64,000 nucleotides of DNA from the human T2T-CHM13v2.0 reference genome, Homo sapiens. Positions 44,767 through 58,228 of the stretch are shown piece after piece; the first letter of the stretch is position 1; every line of letters begins with the position of its first letter. Location of the stretch: NCBI RefSeq assembly GCF_009914755.1, contig NC_060926.1; one strand, 5' to 3'. The notes below the pieces were generated by a model. It did not search any database and had not been told where the DNA came from. It saw only the letters and a program-made list of their open reading frames with translations. Made by a program: the position numbers and the translations under genes.

Positions 44767-46986
44767 TAAACAGCTTGTAATGGACATACTGTAACTGCTT
44801 CTTGCAAGCTCGTGGTCATCATTAGTTACATTAAAGCCACAGCCCATCACCAAGTGCTTTCTACACTGAGCCAGGCCTAGTGGTCACTGGGAGCAGGATG
44901 TGCTCCCGCTTTCCAGGGGCTGGCAGATAAGACCTGTGCACATGGGACAAGTGCCCCAGAAGAAGCACGGACAGTGTGCAGGGAGATGACCTCCTGGGGA
45001 CCAGGGGAGACTTGATGGAAGCAGGAGTATTTGTCCTGAGCATGAATAAGCCCAGAGGTGGCAAATGGCATGTGTGAGGAAGAGCAAGTAGTCAAATGAG
45101 AAGAAGGGAGAGGCAGTAGATCCAGGGCTCGTATCCTGGACCGTGGCCAGCTCAGGGGGGTCTGTGACATCCCCGGGTTGCTGTGGGGCGTCTTACCTGC
45201 AGTTTCTCTGAGGAGAGGATCCTTCACTTTCTTAGCTTCTCAAAGGGTCGCATGATCTCAAAAAATGTGATAGAGGAACAGAATAGATTTTCTTCCTAAT
45301 GACTTGGAGCCAGATAGAGTCATTGAATGCCAGGCTGAGAGTTTGGAGGACATTAAGGTCTTGGTCAGGAAAGGGACAGAGACTCACACTGTAAGAGAAT
45401 CAGTGTAGCTGCAAACATAGGCAAAGGAGGCCTCATGTCCAGGGGAGAAGCAGCTTCTGCAGCAGTGCCATCGAAAGATAAGACAGGAGCTATGGGAGTC
45501 ACTACGGATGGAGGGACTTAGCGGCAGGAACCTTGAGGATGAATTCACCGTAGGGGTTTAGGGAGAATGGAAACTGGTTCGGAAGGAAACTGAAGGTTCT
45601 GTTACAGAAAACCAAATTGGTCAGAGCATTTTCAGATACATAAAAGTGATGAAAACATCCATTTGGAACACTAGTTTGAGTTACAGAGTGACAGGTAGGG
45701 TGTCCCACAGGTGGTTGGAGACGTGGGACTGGAAGTTTGAGGGGAGGGAGGGCTGGGCTAGCGGTGCTGCAGGACCAGGAGTTCCCACCTTGCTCTGTGT
45801 GACCCCAAGGATGATGGCGCCTGGGAGTGCCGAAGGAGGGGCAGGGAGAGGTAGAGAGAGGCAGGACAGCTGTGGCACCACATGTCACAGAAGTCACAGG
45901 GAAAGAGAGCTTCCAGAGAGAGGAGCTGACGTTTCAGTGCTGCAGAGGCCATGGTGGAGGCCAGCACTGAGAAAGAGCTGGAGCATTCCAAGGCCAGATT
46001 GGAAAGAGGGCTGCAGTTGACTTGAAGGGGGCGGGCAGCCGGTGGCACCAGCCGCTGCATTTGCTCTGCTCCAGAGACAACTCCAGGGCCTGTCAGATTG
46101 CGTGGGGCTCTTTGCCCTATGGCACAGGATCCCCGGTGAGTGCTTGTGCTTCCTGAGCAGTTTTCTGTTCTCTTCTCACTGCTGCTGTGAATCTGCCTCC
46201 TACCCTTGGGTTAGCTCCTCCACTCCAGATTTGCTGCTTCTGATCTCCTGGGAGCTGGCAGCTGGTAGAGCCAGGCTCAGTAGGACCAGATCCTAAATGA
46301 AATGGACTGTGGGAGGTTCCCTGTGGGTGAGGCGATGAGACCTTTGCAGTGCTGAGGGTGACAGGTCTTGGTGGCCCTGCCTGGTTCTTGCCATTGCTCT
46401 GAGGTGAGATATCTGGACACGTAAGGTGTCACTGTGATTGTGTGGGTGTCGGTGGGGCAGGGCTAGAAGGCAAGCCTGGTGACCAGGAGCACGGGTGCCC
46501 ACCTCCTTCCTCTGCAGCCCCTCCCTTCTCCTCCCCTCACTTTTCTCCCTCACCTCTCAGCTGACAGCAAGCTGCTGCTGGAAATGCCCCTCCACTGCCC
46601 CTTCCCTGCTGCATGGACTGTGGCCCGCGGGACTGCCATTGGTGCCCTGATGTGGGGTTACCCATGTGTCCGTCTCCTCCACACTGCATTCTCCCACACG
46701 GCGTGATCCCATGGCTGGGTCACCCCGCCACCCCTGATGCCTTGTACAGTGCCTGACACAGTGTGGGCTCGGCGGGTGCACATCTGAGGTAGAACGTGGC
46801 CCTGCTTCCACAGATTAGAAACCTGGATGCCGGAAAGGCCAAATGGGCTGCCCCCGGTCCTGCCACCCCTCTTCCACTGACTGGGAAATGTTCTCTTAAC
46901 ACCCAGCCTAGCTTTCTTTCCAGTAGACCAGACTGCATGTGCGTTTGGAAATAAATGGAGCCCATGAATCATTTAGAAATTATTAG

Positions 46987-47278
46987 GGCTGGGTGTGGTG
47001 GCTCAGGCCTATAATCTCAGCACTTTGGGAGGCCGAGGCAGGAGGATCCCTTGAGGCCAGGAGTTTGAGACCAGTCTGGGTAATGTAGCAAGACCCTGTC
47101 TCTATGAAAAAATGAAAAAACAATTGCTGACATGGTAGCACACACCTATAGTCCTAACTACTTGGGTGGCTGAGGCAGTAGGATCACTTGAGTCCTGGAG
47201 GTCAGAGTTACAGTGTGCTGTGGTTGGACCACTGAACTCCAGCCTGGCTCACAGAGTGAGGTCCTGTCTCTAAAAAAA
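46987..47278 (+). mobile_element. AluJ-like element
   Basis: Diverged Alu dimer with AluJ diagnostics. Confidence 0.9.
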
Positions 47279-47733
47279 TCAAATGTGTTAAAAAACTTAT
47301 TAGACCCTCTTTGTCTTTATGAAGTCAAAGGTCCAACTGAGTGGAAAATGCAACCTTCCTGATACTCTAGATCACTAAATGACTGCGTGGTTCAATTGCA
47401 CACACACTGTCTTGTAGCTTGGACCAGGCCCTTGTCTTTGTCCTGAAAAAAGGCAGCCGGACCTAAGTGCAGATATCTCATAGGAATTGGCAGCCAGGAG
47501 GGTGCACGTACAGGCCCTTTGAATATTCCTGAGAGATGTCACAGTAGTGAACTGCATGCATCTCCTCGGAAAAATCCGGAGGGCTTTGCCTCAGCAGAGA
47601 AGGCAAATCCAACCCAAGATGCATGAACAATAAATAACAACTGTTCTGAGTTAGCTTGAAAGCTCCCAGTTGCACTTTGTTTCAAGTTGTTTGTGCTAAC
47701 CACAATTTTTTTTCTCCCCTTCTTTCCCACCAG

Positions 47734-47797
47734 GGCTTATTTCAAAACCTTTGTCCCTCAGTTCCAGGAGGCAGCATTTGCCAATGGAAAGCTCTAG
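47734..47797 (+). CDS. BABAM2: BABAM2 terminal coding exon, canonical C-terminus (K)[20 protein letters not shown]
   Basis: Branch point CTAAC at 47696-47700, long pyrimidine tract and ccaccag acceptor. The leading G completes the AA|G Lys codon from 7811. The peptide matches the BRE C-terminus as I recall it. TAG at 47795-47797. Confidence 0.97.
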
Positions 47798-48044
47798 GAA
47801 ACACCAGTCTTGAGAGGTGGCCAGCCAGACTGCCTGTCCACATGCGTGTCAGCACATACAGCCGCTTCCTGGAAGCCGCCTGGAATGTCTTCACGGCAGC
47901 GTTTTGCTCACACAGCAGCTTTTGCACGCCCCAGGCAGCCCCGACTGCTGAAATCCAACTTGAGCTGGCTGGTGGTCCCTGGATCCTAGAGCCCTTCACT
48001 TCGGGTTACTCCCTCTTTCTTGCCTCTATTTCTTAGTTGGAAGA

Positions 48045-48050
48045 AATAAA
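48045..48050 (+). terminator. Proximal canonical polyadenylation signal AATAAA
   Basis: Hexamer 247 nt after the stop codon, preceded by U-rich sequence. Confidence 0.7.
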
Positions 48051-48153
48051 CTCACAAATTATGGTGCAGTAATTTTCCGGGGAAAGTAAAGCCTCAGGAA
48101 TGCCCACGCCTTTCTTCCAAAGCCTTTGTCTCTGAGACCTCTTAAGTTCTAAG

Positions 48154-48159
48154 ATTAAA
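48154..48159 (+). terminator. Distal polyadenylation signal ATTAAA
   Basis: Variant hexamer followed by GU-rich downstream elements (gtgtcttcc, tgtgtgtgttt at ~48189-48221). Confidence 0.6.
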
Positions 48160-49489
48160 TGCCCCTCGCTGTTCTTCCTCTGAAACTAGTGTCTTCCCTC
48201 TGTGCGTGCATGTGTGTGTTTCATACCCAAGCATTTCCTATCTGGGGCAGTCCTTCACGGCGAGAAGGAGTTACCTGAGTCAATGTGACCAACCTGCTGG
48301 GTTTCAGCCACTCATCCAGCCTGACCTAAGGCTGTTGCTCAATAACAAATGGCCTCTAGCACACACAGCCCCACCCGCTGCCATCCATACCCCTCCAGCC
48401 CCCTGTGTGGACACCTTGTTCCCAGGCCAGCCCCACACAGTAGGCAGTCATTAAAGTTTGGTGAGTGCACCAACGGCTCTGTCCTTCCGGCTCTCCCCTC
48501 TCCATCCCCTCTGGGCCTCTGCAGCACTGTGTGAATTATACACAAAGACAAAGCTTGGGTGTCATGGTTTATCAGAGGAATGTGTCTGCTTTCTGGGCTT
48601 GGGGACTGGCAGTTGTGCAGCCAGCCAGGAACAGAGCTGGGGAAGATACCCTGAGCAGGCGACATCTTCCCTGAACTTACTGATCATCACAGCCAGAAGG
48701 GTCTTCAGAAGTCATCTCGTTTCTACCCCGTTACTCCCTTCAGTGTACAGAGGACAGAACTAAGGCCCAAGAGTTAAGGAAACATGCAAATTAGAAACAG
48801 CAAATTAGGAACAAACCTGGGAACTTGGAGCCAGGCCTCCTTGTACCATCACACACTCGCTTAACTGAAACACAAGATGGCTACCGTCGGCTTGGCCATA
48901 TCACCAGGTTTACAGTTTGGTTTAGCATGGTCCTGTCCTGATGGCCTTCCACACAGGGAAGCAGGGCCCACGCACCACCCACAGAGGTGAGGGCAAGAGC
49001 TGGCCTGGGTGCTCGACCTGACACCCTCTGGCCTTCCCATTCCAAGGCGAAGCCACTGGCCCCTCCTGCAGGACACACACATGATTTTACAGGGCCTCTC
49101 ACCTGGTCCCTTAGTTCCCTTCGTGGCTATTGGAGCCCATTTTTACCAGGTGAGCGCAAAAGAGAACCATCCCTGGGCCCTTGTGAAGACTGGTGAGGAG
49201 AAGTCGTGCCTCTGCTTCCTGTGTTCTCTGGCACCCAGGAATGTTCTCAGGAGGCTGGAGATCAGCTGGAACAGACCTCCCATCTTGCCTGTCAGCTGGA
49301 GGCCTGCCCAACTCTGGGTTTTTTCACCGTGTGGGTACTATGCCCCCTACCCTGAAACTTTGGGAATTCCCAGGACAAGAACAACAGTCCAGTGTCCTAT
49401 GTCCATATCCCAGCCCTGCCATTAACTGGCTATGTGGCCTTGAGTAAGTCCCTTCCTCTCCATAATATTAATACTAGGAGGGGGCTGGA

Positions 49490-49665
49490 CTGGATTGTGG
49501 GCTCAGCTCATCAGATCACCCGGGGAGATTTTTTTAGGAACTACTGCTCTGGTAGTTCCCACTGCAGGCCTGTTGACTTGGAATCTCACTAGCTGGAGCT
49601 TAGCCTTCTAGATTTTGATAAAACTCCCCCAGCGATTCTACTGAGCAAGTGATCATGACCCACTA
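49490..49665. mobile_element. MER5-like hAT-Charlie remnant
   Basis: catcagatcacccggggag..tggaatctc..aaaactcccccagcgattct resembles MER5A/B. Confidence 0.5.
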
Positions 49666-51019
49666 AGCCAGCTGACCACACTGGCACTGCTTCTGACCCT
49701 GACCCGCTGAGTGCCCACAAGAAGGTGCCCCTCTACTCAGGGCAGCTGTGTGCTATGCCCCATGTCCCCTCCATCCCCCACTAAGGTGCCATGGCATGGT
49801 CACTTAGGATTGCTAGGGTCACCCTCCCCTGATGGAGGGGTACGGATTGGGCTCTACTGTGCACAGCACCAAGAGTTGACTGAGCCCGGACTTGCTTCTG
49901 AGCTGCAACTGGGTCTGAAGCAAGCCCAGGCTCAGTCAACTCTTACTGGTTCCACTTCTAGCAGATGGTGGTTGGCACTGTGGGAGGGGGTGAGGTCCTG
50001 TGGACTGGTCGTCCCCTCAGCATTTCAAATAAGCATTCAGCAGTGACAGCAGCCAGTAGTGGGCAGTGTGGTCTGGGAATGTCATCCTCCTGCCCCTGCC
50101 AGCCCCTGGGGGCCCACAGACCCAGAAAACGAATGAGACCCTGCCCATCAGCGAAGCACACAGTCTAACTCAGAAGTTTTGCCACACACATTAGCTCACA
50201 CAGCTTTACAGCAGACCTGGGCTGTGAGCAACTGAATAGGGTTGCTTTTGTTCCACAGATGAGGAAACAGAAGATGAGAGAAGTTAAGTGAGTTACCCAC
50301 GATCACCAGCCGGTCAGGGCCGGAGCCAAGACCCAATCCAGGCTCTTGGCTCCCCTCCAGCAACAATTCTCACGTGTGTCGATACTCTCGTGAACAAACT
50401 GAAGCTTATTTTTTTATTTCCCAGTGAAGGATGATGGACGTTATATAGGTTTGTGAAGATGGAAATTTATGATTATTTTTAAAAGACTTTCAGCTTCCTT
50501 GCCACAGGGGAGGATTTGGGCTGGTTTTCTTAGAGGGGATTCAGCACAAGGTGACAGTCACCACTGTATGTTTCCAGAACCAGGGACTCAAACACCAGGG
50601 TTTGCGTGATTTTATCTTTACCCCGCAACAGCAACAGAAGCCGGTGGCGCCTGTAAACGAGTGAAGGTCACCTGTATATTTGTAAATACTTCCTGCCGGT
50701 TCAGCCTGTCATCGAGCATTGTACCTGCACACAGAGGGCAGCCCAAGACTAATTAGTAAATGGCTATAAAATGCTTTGAAGATGAAAAGAACCATATGTG
50801 ACAGCATATTATTAATACTTAGTAAATCCTGTCTCCGGCTTACTCAGCCCTTGTAATTTCAGTTGAATCTCTCTTGCTTAGCACTGATGAGGAAAAGGAC
50901 TCACACGTGTTTACCAGCAATACTTGGATATGATCAAGCATCTGTGAGGCCCCGAGAAGGAGGGGCAAGGGACCCTGGTTAGCCAATGCTCAGCTTCTTC
51001 CAGCAGCCCGGCTTCCTGA

Positions 51020-51359
<340 letters not shown>

Positions 51360-51454
51360 TCAAATGATGCTCTATTAAAGCTCATTTTCTTGTGGAGACA
51401 TGAACTAGAAAGAATATGAAGTTGAGGATGAGAGAGGAAAAAAAGAGAAGGACC

Positions 51455-51556
51455 TTGGTTTGTACAATTTGCCAATTTCTATGGTGTAAATACTCCCCCC
51501 ATGATGGACTGCAGGCCACCAATGTGAGGTCACTGGACGCAGAGTTGGGAGGAGCA
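51455..51556. mobile_element. hAT DNA transposon fragment (MER63-like)
   Basis: tttgccaatttctatggtgtaaatactccc..gtcactggacgcagagttggga resembles MER63 as I recall it. Confidence 0.45.
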
Positions 51557-54179
51557 GGGAGGGTCATCGTGGGAGCCTCTGCTGGAGTGAGCTGGCCCCA
51601 ATGTCTGTCTTTACTTAATCTGAGTTTTGTTATCCTCATCTATAAAATGGGAATAAATATCTGCCTCCCGGGGTTGTGAGAATTAAATAAGAAAAGTACC
51701 TAGAGCACCATGTGCAGTGCTTGGCACACAGTAACATTTGACAAACAGTGGCTATTATTACCGCAGACCAGAAAAAAGATTTTCTGATGTTGACTTTGGC
51801 CTTTTTCTAAAAAGTCAGAATGTCCCTGTTAAAAAGTCCTGCCAATGAATTTGGCCTTTGGAAAAGTGACCCTGTCTGGATTACCAGGAAGACAAAATGA
51901 TGAGTCATCTTGAATTTTAACGGATAAGAGATGCGATGTATTTGTGGGGGTTCCCCACCCCCCACGCTGGTCTTGCTTAAGCTCTCGGCAGGACTTCAGG
52001 CTCTGAGCAGTGCTGGAGAAGAAACAACCCACTGACCTGTTTATTCGCCCCGGCCCCTGCTTTCCCACAGGCAAGGAAATCAGAGCAGCGTGGTTCACTT
52101 TTGCCTCTGACTGGGTTTCAGTTCCTGACAGCTCCACGCTCTTGGAGTTGCGGCTGACTTGCCGGAGGGACGACTGCATTTGGTTTGCCTCTTGCTCAGG
52201 CCTATAAATACAACTATCCCAGAGCCTGCCCCAGTTCATGGGGACCAGCCTGTCCCACAGTTCCTAATGTGAATGTTAAGAACATCATCTAATGGTAATA
52301 GGACATCTCATTCTATTAATGGCATCATAGCTAATTCATTGGTGCTCGAAAAAATTAAAATACAACCTTTGCCTTTTTTTATGCATCTACGGTGCTTACG
52401 TGCAGGTCCAGTACAAACACTAACTAGAAATCGGGTGTGGGGTGCACCCATCGCCTTGTGTAATCCTCGAAACAACTAAATGAAGTAGGGGTTATTGTCT
52501 TCATTTTATAGATAAAAACATGGAACCTCAAAGGTGTTAAATAAATAACTTACCCAAGGACAGGAAGCTGGCATAATTCACTCATCACCATCCTACCTTC
52601 TCCCCCTTCCCCTCTCCTTTCTTTGCTTCCCTCCCTTCCTCTTTTTTTATTTCACAAGGAAGTGAACCAGGTCCCTCTGTTTCTTTCCACTTCTGTTATC
52701 CAGCTTCCCCAAATGAGAGCTTTATTGAGCATCTAATGTATACAGAGCCCTGATAAAACATTTACACACTGCTTTTTGCCATTTTCCCTGTGAGGAGAGG
52801 GGCTTGGAGTAGCTGGGTCTGGCCAGATCACACGAAGTGGGTGTCAAACCCTGGTCAGCTGGGTCCAAGGAATTCTGTGGGGTCACATGCAACAAACTAA
52901 AAAAGACTTGGAAGTGGTCTTCGTATATGTGGATGAGTATATCTATATGGCTACACACATATATATAAATAACTTATTTTCAGATGGCTGAGCCAGAGCC
53001 AGCCCACAGCTGGAAAAAATTAAAAAATAAAAAATAAATAAACCTGACTTCAGAATTTGTGCCATAGTCTCTGGTTAAAGTCCAAAACACACTTGGTTGA
53101 AATAACAGCCTAATATTTGAGGAAAACAAGGTGAAACAGTTGTTACAATTATTAAGGAAAATTACCGAGGTATTACCAAAGACAGCAGGGTCCGTGAACT
53201 AATTCCAGGTTGAATAGGAAGCAGTTAACTCTAAGAGGCCTAAAGAAGTGTCTTCCTTCTACAGCGTTCTTGGATTTACTCTGTCACTATTCTCTGATCC
53301 CTTTGGAGGAACCACACTTCCCAAGTCTAAGAGGTCGTGCTTGGGGTCATAATAAATCATGGGTCATCATGGCCAGAAAAGTAGCCCCACAAGCAACCCA
53401 GGGATGGCCAGAATGAGCCTCCCTGCCCCGGGCCAGCCGCCTCTGCAACACGTTGGGATGAGCCAGCCAAATGGCTTGTGGAGGGTGTGGCATACACTCA
53501 TCTTCCCCCAAAACAGCCCACCACCCCCTTCTTAAAGTCCCATGGAGCAGGTCCCTCCACAGAAGGCTCCTCGTTCCAGAGAGCCTCTTTGAAACGTGCC
53601 CTTTGAGTGAGCCTAGGAGCCAGGCAAGAAAGTGAAAATCAGTCCCTTTCAACTCCATGATCTCGCTTTTGCTCCAAAACGGAACGCTGCAGCTCCCGGT
53701 GACTTTTGGCTGTCTGCGCAGGTGCCAGTAGAGCAGTACGTAGAAGGGTGCTGGGTGCCATCTGGAAATAAGGTGGTGGGTGGGTGTTAAAGGTGACAGC
53801 TGCCCTCTCCCTTCTCAAGCACCATGCGTGACAGTCCAGGCCCTGTTCCAGGTGGTTCCCACACGGCGCCTTCTCGATCCTCTGACCCTTCAGAGAACTA
53901 GGAGAGCCCACCCCTGCAGGCAGCCGAAGCAATGTATCAGGGCAAATCCTGGGGAGGCCAAAAATCATTTGAGTAAGGCGAGGTCTGCCGAATAAGAGGG
54001 CCGCTTACCCAGGGTCAGCTCTGAAAGTGTCAATGAGGGACCTAAGTTCAAGTAGGTGTAGGGAAGGATTCGACTGGGACTCATTTCACAGCCCAGCTGG
54101 GGACTGATGTCACGCCCGAGGACAGGAGGTTTGGGGCAAGGGTCAGCCTCACACTGCCAGGTTGCCCTAGGGGAGATTC

Positions 54180-54700
54180 CACAAGGGCGCATTCCCTCGC
54201 CACGCACATGCGCAGGCACGCACATCCGTGTGCACGCACTCACCCACAACCAGGGCTTCAGATGAGCTGATCCCCCGCTATCCCACTCCAGCACCCGCTC
54301 CTGGGACTCCAGCCCACACCAGGTGGGAGGAGGACTCCTCATCCTGACTCCACGCTGGTGGCTCTCGGCGTGCGTGGGCTGCAGGTTGTACAACCCAGAC
54401 GGCTGCCTCTGCCTGTCTCTCCCGCCTTTCTACCCGCACCGACACCCAGGCGGCCCCCTGAGGCACCTCCCCTTCCTCGCCGGCTCCTGCCCAAGCTGCC
54501 CAGGCCCAGGGGCCCCCTCAGCCTCGCCCACTCCAACTGCCAGCTGTCAGCAGCCAGCGGCCACCAGGGCTAATCCCCTTCACAAAACTAACTCCAGCCT
54601 GGAGCCCCGCTTCAGCGAAACCAAGCCCTGGCAAGGCGAATGGGCTCGTTGGCTGAGTTGAGGCCCATGGGCTCTGGAACCAGCCGGCCTGAGTCAAACC
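54180..54700. promoter_or_regulatory. CpG-enriched, GC-rich candidate enhancer/promoter-like element
   Basis: Locally dense CpGs in non-repeat DNA, NRF1-like GCACATGCGCAG (54204-54215) and AP-1 TGAGTCA (54690-54696). Confidence 0.5.
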
Positions 54701-55253
54701 TGGCTCCACCACTTCCTAGGTGCGTGAACTTGAACAAGCCAGTTGATCTCAGTTTCCTCCTCTGCAAAATGGAACTTCACCACGCGGTGCTGGCAGGAGG
54801 ACTCCATGATGAGGGCACTGAGTTATAAGCATTGTAACACTTACACCAGTGCCTGGCACTCAGTGGTGCTCAGAAAAGCCTATCTTTATTATTATTGCCT
54901 TTTAGGTTTGGCACAAGTTGCTCCTGGTCCCTCTTCTCACTCCTTCCTTTCCATTCCATATCCCTGTCCTTAAGCGTTTAACTGACCGAAAACAACAAAA
55001 TCTTTTTTGGCCTCTCCCATACGATAGTCCAGTCCTCTTGCTGGAGCCACTCCCACTTCGAGTGTCTCTGCCAGCTGTCCACCTCTATGAGCTCCCAGGC
55101 CCTCTGCCCAAGGCTATCCACCTGCCGCCTCCCCCTCCTCTCTTCCCACAGCTCCCCTGTAAGCCTGTGCTAAGCAGCGCGACCTGGGGGCCCTGACTCG
55201 TCACTTCTGTCAAGCTCCTAAATTCCCTTGTTTCCAGAGGTTTTGTCTATTAA

Positions 55254-55566
<313 letters not shown>

Positions 55567-55630
55567 AAGTTACATTTATTAAATAATAATTTATTTCCCC
55601 GCTTTTAACCAATAACTCATGTACTTGCCT

Positions 55631-55853
55631 TCTAAGGATTCCAGTGGGCACTAAGGACCAGTTACCCCACAGAGTGGGCATGTTTTCTAAGGATTCCAGT
55701 GGGCACTAAGGACCAGTTACCCCACGGAGTGGGCATGTTTTCTAAGGATTCCAGTGGGCACTAAGGACCAGTTACCCCACGGAGTGGGCATGTTTTCTAA
55801 GGATTCCAGTGGGCACTAAGGACCAGTTACCCCACAGAGTGGGCATGTTTTCT
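55631..55853. repeat. 55-bp minisatellite (VNTR), 4 copies
   Basis: Unit tctaaggattccagtgggcactaaggaccagttaccccac(a/g)gagtgggcatgttt starting at 55631, 55686, 55741 and 55796. Confidence 0.98.
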
Positions 55854-57889
55854 GTCAAATCTAGAACACAGGATTAGCCAGGGGGTTCTCCTGTCTGGAA
55901 AACATACAATAAACATTAGACTTCTTTCAAGTCTTGACTGCCAGGCACAGCCCCATTGCTGATCTGCTGCAGGCCAGCCCCTGCACTGCGGGCTGTCCGT
56001 GATCTATCTGGAGAATCAGGATAAACACAGAGTGTGACCATCCACAGCTGTCGGCTGAAAGATGAGATGCTCCCTCTCCAGTACCCGTCCGTCCCCTGGA
56101 GCAGTGCCTGCTTGCTCACATGTGAGCCGCCCTGACAGGCAGCCCAAAGCCAGAAGCAGGGTTTCCAGGGCTGGAGAGGGTATTGTCTTCTGTGGTCCAG
56201 AGGCCCTGAGGAGTGTCCCACACCCAGGGTGGGGTGGCCAGGCCTGCAGAGGCTGCAGGAAGAGGTGTTGGGTCATCCTGGAGCCAAAAGGCCTTGACCA
56301 AGATGGGCCTAGTGTGACCAGGACACAGGTGAGCAGACAAGTCTGGGCTCTGACAGGTCAGGACGGGCAAAGCATTGATGTAAAATGGAATGGAAAAGCA
56401 GCACTGGGCCAGGCAGCCATTCATCCATTCCACACACATCGGCTAAGCTCTTTCTGTGTGTCAGCAGTGGGTACTCTTCGGGGAGCAACAGAACTTGCAT
56501 CCCATTTATGCACTTGACAGACATCTGTCGAGCATCCTCTCTGTTCCTGGCACTGGGACTGTATGGATAAGCCTAGCCCTGCGCCTGAAAGGCCAGGAAG
56601 CTGGGGCTAGTGCACACCCCTGCCACTGATGGGAGAGGCTGGGGTAAGCCACATAACAGAGCTGCAGATCCACACTGCTGGCGTTCAGCTGAAGCAAATC
56701 CTGGAGGGCTTCCTGGAGGAGGGGCCAGCTGGGCATGGTTTTAGACTCTTGGTTTCTTTGCTTCATTGTGGTGGTTCGGTTTCTGGCGAACTCTCCCATG
56801 GGGCTGAGGTGCGCACAAGGTCTGGTTCTCATGCATGCAGTCATGTTGAGCACCTACTCTGTGCCAGGCACCATTCTATAGCAGTATAGCAGTAAATACA
56901 GCACCACAACCCCTGCCCTCATGGGGTTTCCATTCCCATCAGGGGAGAGGGGATATGAACAAGATATACAGAGGGAATGTTAGGAGCCAAGCACAGGGAA
57001 GAGAAAGCAGGGAGGGGTGGGAGTGCATTTTTAGCCAGAGAGGCAGGGCTGGCCTGGCTGAGGAGGTGACGTCTGAGCCAAGGCCTGGAAGAGGCAAGTG
57101 AAAGCGGTAGTCCCCAGCTCTCCTCCCGAAGCCTGCCCCAGGCCCCAGCCCCGGGGCGTTGCCTTGGGTCCCTCCAGAACCTGCCCAGCGGAGCTTGTCC
57201 CTGCATCCAGAACGTCTGAGGTGACAGGCAAGGAGCAGTGGGGGTTAAGGAGATCGCGGTGAGCTGAGTCCTGGCTGGCCGTCCCTGACCACACTGACGG
57301 TGGCTTCCCTGACCTAGACCTCCTCATCTGTAAAATACCAAGCCTGTTTCACAGGCTGGTGCTAAGAACAAGGCAGATACGGTGAGGGGAGGCTTTGGGG
57401 ACAGTAAAAGGTCATGGCCACGTGAAAACGTAAGCAGGTTGCCACTGCCACCACCTAACACACTGCCCCCGCTGCTGCCAGGTCAGGTTAGGGGCCTGGT
57501 GGAGGTGCCCTGAGGAGGTGGTGACAATACCACGAACTGCAAAGGAAACGGGAGTGACGCCCATCCTGCCTGCCCTCCCCGGCCTCAGCCAGCCTCTGGG
57601 ACCTGCCCTGGCACCCACCCACTAGACAGAGGGGAGAGTGGGGAGGAGGTGCCCCATGCCAGGCTGCCTTCCCCTTTCACTCAGCCCCAGAGAATCCAGC
57701 TGCCTGAAGCAGGCGAACAGGGCCCCCGGAGTGCCTGAGAAGGGCCAGCCATGTTCTGCCCAAAAGCTCTGCCACCCGGGGCCTGGGTCAACAGAGGTGG
57801 GTGTGACCTGGAAGGTGGGCTCCCAGGCAGGTATCACAGCGGGCAGCAGGCTTCCAACCCGCCCATGCCACTGCCAGCAAAACGGCTAG

Positions 57890-58228
<339 letters not shown>

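Larger units (their letters stand above)
47798..48184 (+). other. BABAM2: BABAM2 3' UTR (end approximate)
   Basis: Follows the stop codon. AATAAA at 48045-48050 and ATTAAA at 48154-48159, with GT-rich sequence after ~48188. Confidence 0.7.

Noticed and set aside
45050-50652. CTCF-like motifs near 45051, 46036 and 50638
   Set aside because: Only partial matches to the core motif; cannot be supported without PWM scoring or ChIP data.
55631-55853. CRISPR-like array
   Set aside because: Units are contiguous with no unique spacers, there are no cas genes, and the context is human; it is a minisatellite.
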